This document shows positions 36,184 to 49,524 of a stretch of DNA of 64,000 bases, piece by piece. Numbering within the stretch: position 1 is the stretch's first letter; each line of letters begins with the position of its first letter. The DNA lies in the NCBI GenBank assembly GCA_030264375.1, contig JASCQW010000132.1, positions 74,291,338-74,355,337 on the forward strand, in the 5' to 3' direction. The notes under the pieces are model-generated. The model ran no database searches. It saw nothing but the letters and a program-made list of their open reading frames with translations, and was not told the origin of the DNA. The translations under genes were made by a program, and so were the position numbers. This DNA is from Carcharhinus longimanus. Its lineage: Eukaryota.

Positions 36184-36815
36184 AAGAGCTAGATGTGTTT
36201 ACAAAATAAATTTATATTCTCTCGTCACTTTTAAATTCAAAAGCGAAATGTTATTTTGTATTGTTGCAAATAGAGAATGGTGTCTTGACCTGTTCTTGTG
36301 TTTCTTCAAGTTATGAATGAATTCACATTGCTTTTGTTGAGTTCTTGTGATGGAAGTTCTAATGTCGTACGTCACTATCTTTACAAAATAAGAAAAGAAT
36401 GGTTGGACTTTAAAAAAAGCTGAACAAGGTTGATCATGATGCAAAATATCCATTAATTGACAAGAGAAATTTAAGATTGGTCTCTTTCATTAATTAAGCA
36501 TTTTATTCTTCCAGATCTGTTGCAAATCTCCACATTTCCAAATCTTTACCTCCTCTGGGACTATTTTGCTATTCAAGCAATATAATTGCATGGCAAGATA
36601 TCAGATCCTTTATTTTGTGAGGTTAGATCATATCTCAGTGAGATTGAAATATGTAAAGGATCTATTATGAGGAATACCAATAGACTATTTTAACCTTTAT
36701 GCCCTTGGGATACAGTGAAATTGATTCAAAATACTCTGTTCTGAACAAACTGTATTTGAAAGGTAGCAACTACCATATGTAAAATTCTATTCAAACAGTG
36801 TTTGTTATACTCTAT

Positions 36816-36942
36816 GGGCAGAATTTTACCAGCACGTCCGCCCAAGTTTTGCACAATCCTGCCCGAGGCCAACAGAGAATGCCATTCTCCGAGCCGAGCC
36901 TGCCCGCGGAATCGGGGCTGGCATGTTGGTAAAATTCTGGCC
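36816..36942. mobile_element. Harbinger-type MITE, well preserved
   Basis: About 21-bp TIRs gggcagaattttaccagcacg / catgttggtaaaattctggcc, a perfect TAT TSD, and retained CpGs. Confidence 0.88.
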
Positions 36943-37790
36943 TATATAACATAATGTTCAACTGTAAATGCCATTGTAAGGCATTTACAATCAAATCTAT
37001 TTTAAATATCTGACAAGCAACACATGAGAACTGAAAATTAATAGATCTGTGCATGCTTTTTGATATGTAAATTACACTTAATTTATTTAAAGTAAATTCC
37101 AAACAAGAAAGTCAGACATTTGAGAAGGGCTGAGTCGTACAGCTCACTGTTCGATTGTTTTGATCAGTGAGGAGGTGCCAAATGGTTCCCTTCTTTTCCT
37201 GCTTTTAATCTGACTGCAATAGAATGATTGTTTTAAAGGGATATACTTGCCAGTTCAGTAAATACTTAACTGTTTACGTGCTGAAATCATAAAATAACCA
37301 ATTGGGCAGGTTTTCTTGAATTTAACAAAGAAGGTTGGCTTTATTATAGTTAAACCAATCCATGTAAAATAATAAAACACATCAGTTTATCAACTGACAT
37401 TGCTTTTGTTAAGAATTCTGACATATGCCAGTGCTTGTGGCAGAAGTTGGAATAATCATTGCAGTATTGTTGGATTTAGAAAAACAGCTGGATAAGGTTG
37501 AACATGAGGCAAAATATCCAACTTTCATACACACAGACACACTCAAAGTGTGCAGATTCGACAAGATAGGTTACAGACTGGGGAAGGATATGTTGGTCAA
37601 AATTGATTCCTTAAACAGTAAAAAGAAATTTATAGTCTATCATTTTGTGAATTGGCTGGCTTCAGGTTGAATTTGGTGGTTTTGTGAGTTTCTTTCATTG
37701 ATCTCAATGCTTACAATGTATAGATGTGGGATGGTATTCTCCCATCATGGAATATTTCCTGCTGTCGAGGTCAGTGGAAAACCACACCAT

Positions 37791-37915
37791 GGGCAGGACT
37801 TTATGGCCTCACTTGAGCGAGACTGGAAATTCCCACCTGAGGTCAGCGGATATTTCTGTTGTCTGCCCCTCAACTGCTCTGATTCCGTGGCAGGCAAGGC
37901 AGTAGGATTTTGGCA
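37791..37915. mobile_element. Harbinger-type MITE
   Basis: gggcaggactttatggcctc...gtaggatttt; same family as 41558 and 54558. Confidence 0.65.
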
Positions 37916-38171
37916 CATATCTTCCTGTCTCCAATCCAACTAATTACGTAACCAGATGTTTTGTGTCATATTCTGTGGCAAGGCAAGTCTGACAATACGA
38001 TGTCTGCTGTCATACCATATGTCATAATGAAAAGATGCCCAACATCATTGACCTACATTGAAGAAAGAAGACAGATATTCTTCAGGTAAGTCCTGACGTC
38101 TGCATATCATGTTGTCCAAATGTGTTTTGTACCAGTGTGTTTTCCTGCTGTCTTCACAGAGAATCAAGCTT

Positions 38172-38401
38172 GGGTGGAAGATTCTGGTCAGGCCTTCATC
38201 TGCATCTACTTAACAGGATGGAAGTCAACTTCATGGCAGCCTCCAATGGGTTTCCCAATCCACATGGTGGGCACCAGCAAAAGATGCTGTGGAAAATTCA
38301 CACCAGCATGAAACTGAGTTTGGCATTCTTTGCACTCCTGCCAAATTCTCCCCCACCACTGTCCACTGAACTACTGGCGGGGCAATGGGAGAATTCCACC
38401 C
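38172..38401. mobile_element. Harbinger-type MITE
   Basis: gggtggaagattct ... gggagaattccaccc termini. Confidence 0.65.
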
Positions 38402-38419
38402 ATGAATAGATGATTTAGT

Positions 38420-39220
38420 TGTGCTTCTGGAGATTGTAGCACTGGGTTAAATTCCTTTTGACAAATTTCTATCTGCAGCAGAGGGATGTTCCCTGGATGG
38501 TTGCAATCAGCTAACAGGATTAGAAGCTTGTCAGGTAAATTGGACAGAGGTGGAGGCAGGAAGGACCTTACTTGTGTCTTCTGTCTTAGCATCACAGCTG
38601 CTTCTTCTTCATTCCACAGAGAAAAGGTGTTTAAATATAGATTATAGAACCCTACAGTGCAGAAAGAGGCCCTTCGGCCCATCGGGTCCACACCAACCAC
38701 AATTCCAACCAGGCCCTACCCCCAAAATCCCTACATATTTTACCCACTAATTCCTCTAGCCTATGCATCTCAGGATACTAAGGGGCAATTTTTTTTAGCA
38801 TGGCCAATCTACCCAGCCTGGACATCTTTGGACTGTGGGAGGAAACCGGAGTACCGGGAGAAAACCCATGCAGACACGAGGAGAATGTGCAAACTCCACA
38901 CAGACAGTGACCTGAGTCGGGAATCAAACTCAGGTCCCTGGAGCTGTGAAGCAGCGGCGCTAACCACTGTGCTACCGTGCCGCCCAACTTAAAGTTGGCT
39001 TGTTGCATGGCCTAAGCTGTCCAACTGTCCATGGGATCTAAATAAGTTAATTGCTGGTGTATTCCAAAGGTAATTTGATTAGATCATGTCTGGGAAGCTC
39101 TCCCTGGCCAAGGTGCTACTGATCAAGTGATTAGCCTTAATGGTTCAACTCCAACAGTTGAAAACCTCAGGTGATTGTCTTAATGTCTTGCCAATGGGGC
39201 AGGGGGTGTGGGTTCTTCAC
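38420..39220 (+). repeat. Unclassified dispersed repeat (copy 2), interrupted by a SINE
   Basis: Aligns by eye to the reverse complement of 14640-15060. Confidence 0.65.
38643..38985 (-). mobile_element. HE1/V-SINE, tail type A, young
   Basis: Full-length with CpGs retained. Confidence 0.93.
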
Positions 39221-41557
39221 ATTTTACTGAAACCATTATCTTTGATGGGCTTTCCAGACATGCTGAATATGGAAGGTCCAGTAATGCAAATTAGGGTAAA
39301 ACATCCTGGCTGTAAGCTCAAGTCATCTTTAGTCTCTGTTTTTAAAAGTTCAATTCAGGTTCCCAGCCAATGGATTATAAATCATTATTGGACATAAACA
39401 CATTTTCATGACACTGTTCTCTCTGGGCCTATGTTCAAATTTAATGAGATGAAAGTCCATACTTCCTGTCAACTTTATAAATCCAACATGAAATAACTGT
39501 GGCAATGCAGTTCCTAACGAACCCAAAATCACACCAAATGGATATTCCTCAGCTTAATTGTAACAGCATAATGGCAGTCCAATTCAGAAAGATATCCAGG
39601 GAAACTGGTGTGAGGAAATGTTGCACTGACACCACAAGTGATGTTTCTGTAAAGCGAAGGTTGGCACTTATTTTAGGAGCAATGCAGAATGACCTTTTAT
39701 TCTGCAGCTGCTATACACTTTATTTGGTCTCAAACCTTTTGACACAGAATGAAGAAGGTTTCAATGGCATTGATGGGAACTGATCAATCAACTTATAAAT
39801 TAAGGTGAAAAATAGTGGATATCTGAATGAAAGAATAGGATTGAGAAGTTTCAAATCTTTAATTTTTGTTCTACCAATTACCAATTTATTTTGCAACATT
39901 AGTAGCTATTCAATTGTCTCCTTTNNNNNNNNNNNNNNNNNNNNNNNNNNNNNNNNNNNNNNNNNNNNNNNNNNNNNNNNNNNNNNNNNNNNNNNNNNNN
40001 NNNNNNNNNNNNNNNNNNNNNNNNAGCTATTCAATTGTCTCCTTTATGAATGGATTTTTTTCCCTACCCAACTCATGTTTGCCCCTTCTAATGCATTACA
40101 GTAATTCTTTCTGAACAACTGCTAATATCAAGGAAGTATATCTCTGTCAACATAATGTTATGTAGTAATTGTCTTTGGATGGTTCTTTAGAAGGTATATA
40201 TATATAGATATAGATATTAGAAGATATAGAAGAGATATACTTCCTTGATGTGAGCAGTTGTTCAGAAAGAATCTATCAGAATTATTGGAATGCCCAGGCA
40301 GTTTAAAATGGACATTAAATTATATGCTTTCAACCTCGTTGTTAAATGAGATCCAAATAATTATTTTTTGCTGCTGTTATTCAAGACTTAGACAAATAAA
40401 GGTAACACACCATCAGATTTTAAATGCTTACCTTGTCACAGTAATGTGGTATGCATGGCAATGGTACAGCACTTCCCTTTATTCCAAGGTGGTCTCACCT
40501 GTTTAATTCTGATAGGTGCTAAATGACACCATCTGCCCTTTTTAACAATGAAAAATTAAAATTATCATTTATGATTTACAGTGCATTTACATGCCACATA
40601 GTAGGTTGTTTTTTTGGCAGTGCAAGAGTGTTTCTCGCACTGGCTAGCTTACTGAGAAAGGTTGGAGCTTTGCCATCCCTTAAAGACATCAGCACTAGAA
40701 GCAAGGCTGCAAAATGTCAAGAAAAATTGCCACAACAGCATATACTGTATATTACAGATAATAGAAATATGCACTTGAAAAGCCATTCTAATCAGAAGTG
40801 AGGTAATGACTCTTAAAACATAGAGCACAGGGAGCCCAGTGGCGAGCTTTGAACTCGACTAGCCTGAGGACATGGAGGTCATGCTGATTTTAACAACAGG
40901 TTTTCATTTACATAACTCTTTGCTGACTGACAGTTGACCAGGTTGACTGTCTGGCTGGCAGGTGGGAGTAGATGGTAGGAAGCTGCAGCTGAGAATCTAT
41001 GGGGGCAGTCTTCAGCAGTCAGTGGAAAGAGNNNNNNNNNNNNNNNNNNNNNNNNNNNNNNNNNNNNNNNNNNNNNNNNNNNNNNNNNNNNNNAGGGGGG
41101 GAGCAGGGCTCCTTGATGGGCCGGGGGTAGCATTCCAAAAATAGCAAGTCTTTAAAATTTACCATGAAGAGTTGGCACCTCCCATTTTGGACATGCTGCC
41201 AGAAGCTTTCGTTCAGTTAATTCTACACTGCAATGCCAATGGTGTCATTGGGCCACATGTTAACAAAGCCCTGCCTGCCTTTTGTGTGCAACTTGTCTAG
41301 GGTTTTTTCTAAATAACTCCATCCATGCACCATGCTAGTCAGGCAAGGTTTTAAAATGGGGATCAATGCAGCTGCAACTGGCTGACATGATTGCCAGAGA
41401 TATGCAGAGATGATATGCCAGTTTCTATGAATGCAACAGGAGTTGTATTTGGTGCCTGGTCTCATGCTTACTGCTGCTTTCTGGTAGTATAGTTTCTCTT
41501 TCTAAGTAAACACACCCATGCTTAACTTTATACACAGGACAGATACCAGTCACATAA

Positions 41558-41680
41558 GGTGGGATTTTACAGCCTCGTTCAGGCAAAATCGTAGAATCCT
41601 GCCTGAGGCTAACAAAGATGTTCATTCTGGAAACTTCGCCTGCCTGGAATCGGGGCAGTCAAGGTAGTGGGGTTTTGACC
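41558..41680. mobile_element. Harbinger-type MITE
   Basis: ggtgggattttacagcctcg...ggggttttgacc. Confidence 0.65.
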
Positions 41681-42490
41681 ATAGAATCAAACACTGAACA
41701 ATTGAACTGATGATATTAGATGAGGAGAGCTAGATTTTTAACAAAGCAGAGGGACGCTGTTCAATTCCACGTGAGACTTACCAATAAAGACTGAATCTAG
41801 AGTGGAATGCTCTTTTATTCTCCAATAGAATTGAGTGGCTATCCGCATAAAGTAATTATTGTAACAGAGGCCTAAAGAAATCCAGTTGATAGCATGTATT
41901 AAACATTTAATGCCAAACGTAACTTTCCAAACAAGTAGAGACTACATTAATGCTGCTTAATGGCTAGAGGAATACACTCCCTTATCACCAAATGATCACC
42001 AAACCTTATGATTACAATAACATTGCTCCAACTGAAAAATGTATGGCTACTAATGTTTTGTTTAAGCTTCTGGTGACATCATTCATGCCACTAAGCATGC
42101 TTGCACTATTTTTTTCCTACTTTAAGCACTTAGAAAGACTAATGCATTTCAAAAACTGCATTATGAAAGTTTGGGCAGCTGTATCTGCTGTGTATCTTGC
42201 AGCTTGCTTTTTCCCACCAAAATTGTATCTTTAAAACAAAATTTTTTGAACAGGGTATCCCAGGATCTCAGTCTGTGCAAACATTTCTGCTATCAAAATA
42301 GATGCATGGGTTTGTGGGAGAGGATTGTCATCTGAAAGTGGGAAGCATGTGATATCAGCTCGGTCACCCATTAAGCATCTCGACACATTTTAGTTCCTAC
42401 TGGAGTTAACAGCAATTCACCTTTGCTGTAGCATAAAAGTGACACCATTAAATGCTACGACTGTTGAAAATCTTCAAATTATATGATCCT

Positions 42491-42735
42491 GGGGGACAAG
42501 TTAGCTCAATTGGCTAGATGGGTAATGCATGCACTAGATTAACATCAATAACACGAGGTTCATTTCCTGTTCTGGCTGAGGTGGACTTGGACCTGCCTCC
42601 TTTGCTTCGCTGTAGAAAAATATTCCAGCACTTTGCTGTGGTTCAGCAAATAACTACTAAGGACCTATCTAAGGACAGAGAACTCAAGAAGAAGGTATGG
42701 TCCTATTAAGCCCTTGGTGTCATTGTGACAATCAT
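42491..42735 (+). mobile_element. Old tRNA-derived SINE (different family)
   Basis: A box tagctcaattggctag and B-box-like ggttcatttcc. Confidence 0.55.
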
Positions 42736-44892
42736 AAAGTCTACAGCAGGGTTCAGGGCACAGCTCAGAAGTGAGAAAATTAAAGTTTATGTTCGATTAC
42801 AATTGTAATCAATTCATCAAGATGAGAGAGAGATAGGCAGTGAAGGCAGAAAGTGACAAGTTCAAGGGGATAGGTAGTTGACAGGAAAAAAGAACAATTG
42901 ATAAATATGCAATTTAGGTTTTCTGAACCTTGGAACTGACCTGATCAGTTACTTTAGTCTAAATGTTCTAGTTTGCTATAACACATCTTCAATTGTTGAA
43001 ATGGAATTGATATCATAGTATCATATCATTAGTATCATAAACTATTACCTTAAGGCAATTCTGCCTTAAAGTGATACTTTGCATCAGGCTACCTGTTGAC
43101 ACCCAATGTTTGTTGTGGTCATCCTTCATGATACTTCACAGAATATCAGGTTTGTGGTTGATCTTGAATTTATTCCTGCTGCAGTGAGCTTTTCATGAAT
43201 TACTTTTTCCTTATGTTTTCCAACACCACTTTCTTGTCTCTTTTGGCTTCCAGTGAAAATTCACAGTCTGTGCATGTGGCAGCACTGGTTAGAAATTCAG
43301 CAGGTGCCAGTGCATGTAATTCTTCTCTCAGTAAATGTGCTGTGGAATCAGTGACATTGTTTGTTACTTCACCAGTACGCAGCAGAAACATTAAGCGATT
43401 CAGAGAATCGGATCCCAAGAAAATGCCTTTTTAATGCCTTCATTCAAAAGAACCACTGCACATGAAATCATTCCTGGTTGAAAAGGGGGAAAAGAAACAG
43501 ACAAGACATTTGCGTACAGTTTATGTCAAAACAATAGTGTGTGCAAGAGACGTGATAATACCTTTCAACAAAATCTTTATCATTAAGTTGTCTGTTTGTA
43601 AATAATGATTTTTTTAAAATTAGAACAGGTTTATGAAGGTCATTCTCCACTTCATATACAGCTCATTGAAAAGCTTTGAGAAAACTTAAATAGTTTAAAC
43701 AACCAGGAAGCAGGTCAAAGTTAGGCAAAGGGGCAAAGATTCAATAGTCTCGTGGTGAGCTCATTACCCAAGTTAATCACATACACCTGATTAAATGTAG
43801 ATTAGATTCAAAGTTATGTTGTCACAACCACTTCAAAGACACTTTACCACACAATACATGTATTTTGGAGGCTTTCAGTATTGTCCTTAGCACCAAAAGT
43901 TTAAAATGTTTTGATTGCATGAACTGATCTCTGTGACAGCAACACTTCAATGGGTGAAAAATTATCTGTGCCGCTATGTACAATGAACAATATGGTGCCT
44001 GGGACAGGAATGAGGTTCAACTAGGGGGCAGAGGTCTTAGTTTCACACTCCTGAGCAGCAATAATATTTTGAATTGTTTTAAACTTGGATGTGTCGGAAC
44101 CACAGGCTGTTTAAAAAAAAATCCTGCCAGATGGTGTGCATTATCTTTTTCTGGCAAAGCAGCATTAATTGCAGAGAAGCCTGAGGCTGCACTCAGCTCA
44201 TCAGTGTGATAACACTACATGACCCTGATTATCTGTCAATCTGCTCAATTAAAAGAATCATTTAGATATTCACCCAATCATTTGCCCATCCAGCCACCTG
44301 GGCCTCAACCAGGCTTCTTTTTAATGCTGGCCTCTCGCTTTGCGTGGTTTTTACATGTTTCGAAAAGATGTAATTGAACTAAATAAAGCGTCTTGAGGGC
44401 AGCTGTAACATCTGCTGTTTGTGGTATGTCAAGCCTTCAGCTTTAAAAACAGTTACATATGCTCCAAATTAGCGGGTCACAGAGATGAAGCAGTTGATGA
44501 TAGTGTTTTCGCTTGCATGATAAGCAGCGTGCAGCTGTGTGCAATTTACAATTAAAGGTTGCTCAGAGCTCAGTTGCAATGGTGAATAAAGTGGCAAGAG
44601 GTCAGTCAGTGAATTAGACCAATTAGAGCTGAATTATCTATTCCCTTACACACTGATAAGCAGCTCTGTCACTGCTTTCAGACAGTTGCTAAACCTACTT
44701 TCTGATCTCTTACGGTAATGTAAGCACACATAAAATGTGCTGGAGGACCATTTCTGCATTCGATCTGACATTTGCATTAACCATGGCCTTAAGTGTCTAA
44801 ATTATTTTTTAATTAGGTGCTGGACTCATTTAAGAGGAGGAGTGTATTAGAAGTCTGTTGTAATATTTGTTGTAATGCACTTAACATTTAAT

Positions 44893-45195
44893 AGATCGGA
44901 ACCAGGGGTCATAGTTTGAGGATAAGGGGTAAACCTTTTAGAATTGAGCCGAGGAGAAATGTCTTCACTTGGAGGGTGGTGAATCTGTGAAATTCACTAC
45001 CGCAGAAAGGAATTGAGGCCAAAACATTGTGTGATTTCAAGAAGGAGTTAGATATAGCTCTGGGGGCTAAAGGAATCAAGGGATATGGGGAGAGGGGATC
45101 AGCATATTGAATTTGATGATCAGCCATGATCATAATGAATGGCAGGACATGCTTGCAGGGCCAAATGGCCTACTCCTGCTTCTGGTTTCTATGGT
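44893..45195 (+). mobile_element. CR1 3' end
   Basis: RGHSLRIRGKPFRIE.RRNVFT.RVVNL; tail gggccaaatggcctactcctgct. Confidence 0.9.
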
Positions 45196-48100
45196 TTCAG
45201 ATTGTTTAAAGAGGCAACGTTAGATGGCCCGACAATAACCATCATTACAGTAAGGTGCCAGTTCTCTCTCACATCTATGTTGCCTCACTGCGCTATATTT
45301 ACTGCTGTATGGTGCAGTCCATTGACTTGCACATGAATTCCCAATCTCAGCTGCTCTGCCATGACAAAACTCTGAGTCCAGGCTAGATATTTCCCCTGCA
45401 GGAAAGAGGTGAAAATCAGAAAGAAAGTTACTTCAGCCATTCGTGGACCCTTCCAAACAGTTAGTTTACACTTTGCCAGGGATTTTGGATGAGTCAGCTG
45501 GTGAAGGTTCATGATAGAGGTTAAGCCAAGAAAGATGCAGAGGGGAAAAAAACACACAAAATCAACCTCCAATCCTCAACTGAAATAGAAGACCACACAC
45601 CCTGTCCATTTTTGTCTGCAATTATGCAAATCAAGGAAAATGTCCTTACTTTCCTGAGCACTCCCTGCAGCTATCTACAAACTGGCCCCAGAGGCAGTAT
45701 GATCCCTAATAATGTAAGTATACATTTTGCACTGCTTGCTACTCCCTATGGGAAAATAGGCTTATGTAAATGACTGCAGTTACAATTGGCTTTATGCATT
45801 AAGTTTCTTATTCACTGCAAAGGAGGAATCATAAAATGTTACCATTTCAATATGATTTTCAACAACCAGGTAGGAAATTTTAAAAATGTTTCAGCTTTTG
45901 TAAGTTTAGTTTAAAAAAAGGATTGAAATCAAATGCAACAGGGATAATTGACTGGTAATGAACAATGTGTATCCCTACCATTGCAAATTGACAAAAGTGC
46001 TCGGTACCAAAACTAAAATCTTAAATTCCACCTGTATAAGTCCAATCCAAATCAAAGTAAATGCAGGTGTATCATGGATTACCACTAAATGTAAGAAACA
46101 AATCCAACATTTCATTGAGATGAGGGGTTCCTGTGCTGAAGCTCAACACTTTCAACTGATGAAAACTCTGTTTAACGGGATCTGGTGTGTGCCTCTGTTG
46201 TGGCTGGAGGATAGTGTCAATCAATGATATAAGTGACAGCGACTACTACTGCACTAATACTATAATACTATAATACACTAATACTATACTTCTTGTGAGA
46301 AACTTACAGAGCTTACTAACAAAGCAAGGGTTCAAATTCAGGCTTGCCAGGTATCTAACAGCAAACAATCTTCCTTCAATGAATAGAGGCAGCCAGGAAC
46401 ACTTTGATTACAACTCTGCTGATGGGAATTCAGAACTAAGTCAACTGATTGTGACTCACTAAACTGATAATGTTGTTGTGAAAGTAATCATTATGCATGT
46501 CTGTTAGAAAGAGAATAAATTGTCTTGCAAGTTTATTTCAACAAGGAACAGTTTAATTTTAATTCAGCAACATATTGGCTAAATTTCTTAACTTAGCTTT
46601 CTTTCTCTTTTTTAAAGCTTTTATTCTATCTCACAATCATTTTCAAGGTTGCATGTCTTTTGTGAGGTAAATTTTCAGATTCAGGTCAGGCTTCAGTCTG
46701 AAGGAGCAGAGAAAATTCTCACTTGTAATTCAGGAAACAGTCTCAGGATTTATTTGTTGTTTTTAAATGGTTGCTGATGGGTGGACAAATTATAATTTTA
46801 TTTTTTCTCCAGAGGAGCTGTGCTAAGGTAAATGGGCCCCTGAATCCATGGGAGGTGCATCCCTAGCTTAAGTGCAGGAATGCATGTGTTTGGGACTCTA
46901 TGCATAACCATCATACTTTGGGTCACTTTTGGGCGACCTAACTTGCCGTGACAGCTGAAAGTACTTGGTTCACCGAAACAACTTGTGTCAGGTTGGTGAC
47001 TCCCTTCCCTCCCAACCTCCACGGGTGGCTGGCTCTATCTGTCACCATCAATTCTCCACATCTATGGCCAAAGGAGTCCATATACAAGAATTGACAGAAA
47101 CACATTGCATCTACTCACTACAATGAAATGGCCAACCGTCAATATTGTGCCTGCTGAACAGATGGCTGGATATGTGGAAATCTGACATTTGGAGTCCTGC
47201 TCCAATCCTCTTCCTCTCACAGAACCGATCCTTTATTAGGCCAAATAGGAATTATTTAATACAGGACATCATGTATTTGGATCTCAGCCTATAATAGCCC
47301 TTTTGGCGCACTTGCTATGGCATTGTGGTAGACGTGTATTGAAAGGTACTAAGTGGCACAATGCAGGGAAGAATGTTTAGTTGTGGTATTCAGGTCAGTC
47401 AGACTGAGAATGTGGAGTCCCAGGTGTTCATGATATTCCACTGTTATCACAAACAGACTCAATTCATACGATGGTACTGGTATACCTAAATTAAATCTCT
47501 CTATGTTCAAAGCAACTGAAATAAATAAATATTTTCCACAAGTTGCATGATGTAACCACTTTATTTGAGATAATGAATTGTGGGCATGTGTTTTAAAAAT
47601 TAAGATCATAATGATCTTTATGGTCATTCTTTATTACCCAAATAGAGCGTTATCTTTTATGAATAGTGCATATTAGTAAATTATGTCTGTCATGTAACCC
47701 AAGCCAGATATTATCTTGAACCTGAAAGTAGAGTCAGTTGAGATGATTATATTTTATGGTATTCACTGCACAGAACTCTATTTTCCTAAATTCAAGATAA
47801 AAATTTGGAAATCAGCTGTGGAAGAAAAACGGAGGGCCCAGAAATCTGTCCATTTAGTCAGAATCTCACTGTAACTTTGGAATAAATCTACCACGAGGCA
47901 AAGAGCCTGACCAGATACCTTACCTGGTATCTGGACCTTAGTTTTGTGCTCAACTTTGGCTTTGTCCGGACACAACTTCCCTTTGTCTCATGCATGGCTA
48001 TTGATATAAATGGGACTGGGGCCACTTACCATCCAAATTCTGGTTTTAATGGGATCGCATATTTGATAGTATATCTAAGTCAGTAACCAATGTGGAGACT

Positions 48101-48254
48101 ACCTGTTGATTCATGTCAGGGTCACAACTCGGAGTTCCAAAGAAAGAGAAACAAGAAATAGTTTAGCTCCAGGAATCAGTGGCAGGGAGAGAGGATAAGA
48201 CTGCATCCACTTCCCTGACTTAGGCACTAGTGGGTTTTCTAACTTTGCTGAAGG

Positions 48255-48562
48255 ATAGAATAATGCTATTGTCACTGGGCTAATAATCTAAGAGACCCAG
48301 GTTTCAATCGCAGCTAGTGGTCTGGATCCAATCAGCAGATGGTGAAATTTTAATTCAATAGAAATCTGTAATTAAAAGTCTGATGATGGTCAAAAAATCA
48401 TTGTTATAAAAATATGATTCACTTACTTTAGGGGAGGAAATCGGCCATTCTTACCTGGTCTGGCCTACATCCAGACGCATATAAATGTGGTTGACTCTTT
48501 AATGCCCTCTGAAATAGCGTAGGAAGCCACTCAGTTTAAGGACAATTAAACATGGGCAAAAA
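48255..48562 (+). mobile_element. tRNA-derived SINE with a family-B LINE-like tail
   Basis: Head tgtcactgggctaataatc..gacccaggtttcaatc; body cttacctggtctggcctacat...tggttgactcttt; end gacaattaaacatgggcaa resembles the family-B tail. Confidence 0.7.
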
Positions 48563-49361
48563 ATAATGGGTCATGAACAGAGATTCAGGAAGGTACATCT
48601 TGAGAACGACACATAGGCCAAGATGTCTGATTGAGGAAAATTGGGCTTCAATCACCAACACAATTTTGGAAGGAATAGATAAAATACCTTAATAATAAGG
48701 AATTACCAACACTTCATATTGCGATGTCTTTGCATTAGTATTCAATGTTTTATCCAGACTGTAACTTGCATATTCTGTCATTCTTTTCATCATGACCTAG
48801 CCAATATTGTTAACCAGGTTTGAATGAGACTGGGATTCTTTTGCAATCATTTGGATGGGATTATGGCAGAGGATAAAGGAATTTTTCCTGCCTGATCTGT
48901 CTTTCCCTCTGCATTGCAATGTCTTTACCTTTCTGCTACTTTTTTACTGGTGGAGTTATCTCATGATGGTACATACAACTGTGCATCTCTGACGAACCCT
49001 TATCCAGGGAAGTGCCTCAGAGTGGGGCTGATTCAAAGTTCTAAAACTCAGTCAAAAGAAAATTGTCACTGATAAGGAGGAGGAATTTGTGGCACCTCAA
49101 CAGAAAACGTCAATACTACACCTTGGTCAACTCACTGGAAAATGTGCTCAAAAATGTTGAATGGAACCATGTTTTGCTTTCCATCATCATAATTTTTTAT
49201 GGGAAGTCAAACTGTGGATAACAATCAAGAATGGATTCAAATCAACTGAATGCACATTTTTGTATTTGACTTCATTTTAATTATATCAATCATCAAAACA
49301 AGGCATAATTCCATGAGGAATAAGTATTATTTATTTCAAAAATCTAAACTTAGCAAATCCA

Positions 49362-49517
49362 GGCAGTACAGTGACAAGCACTGCTGCCTCACAGCACCAG
49401 GGACCTGTGTTCGATTCCGACTTTGGATGACTGTCTGTGTGAAGTTTGTACATTCACCCCATGTCTGCATTGGTTTTCTCTGGGTGCTCCAGTTTCTTCC
49501 CATTGCCCAAAAGATGT
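49362..49517 (+). mobile_element. HE1/V-SINE, 3' truncated
   Basis: Head and V-domain. Confidence 0.88.
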
Positions 49518-49524
49518 ATTGGAA

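Noticed and set aside
39904-40045. 21-bp direct repeat agctattcaattgtctccttt flanking a 100-N gap
   Set aside because: Probably a contig-overlap artefact, although an unassembled insertion with a TSD cannot be excluded.
43200-43418. ORF MGSDSLNRLMFL... as a hAT dimerisation domain
   Set aside because: Only a short motif resemblance; there are no upstream hAT motifs or TIRs.
46945-47000. ctgaaag...gaaac...gtc as a hammerhead ribozyme
   Set aside because: The core is not CUGANGA and stem I does not pair.
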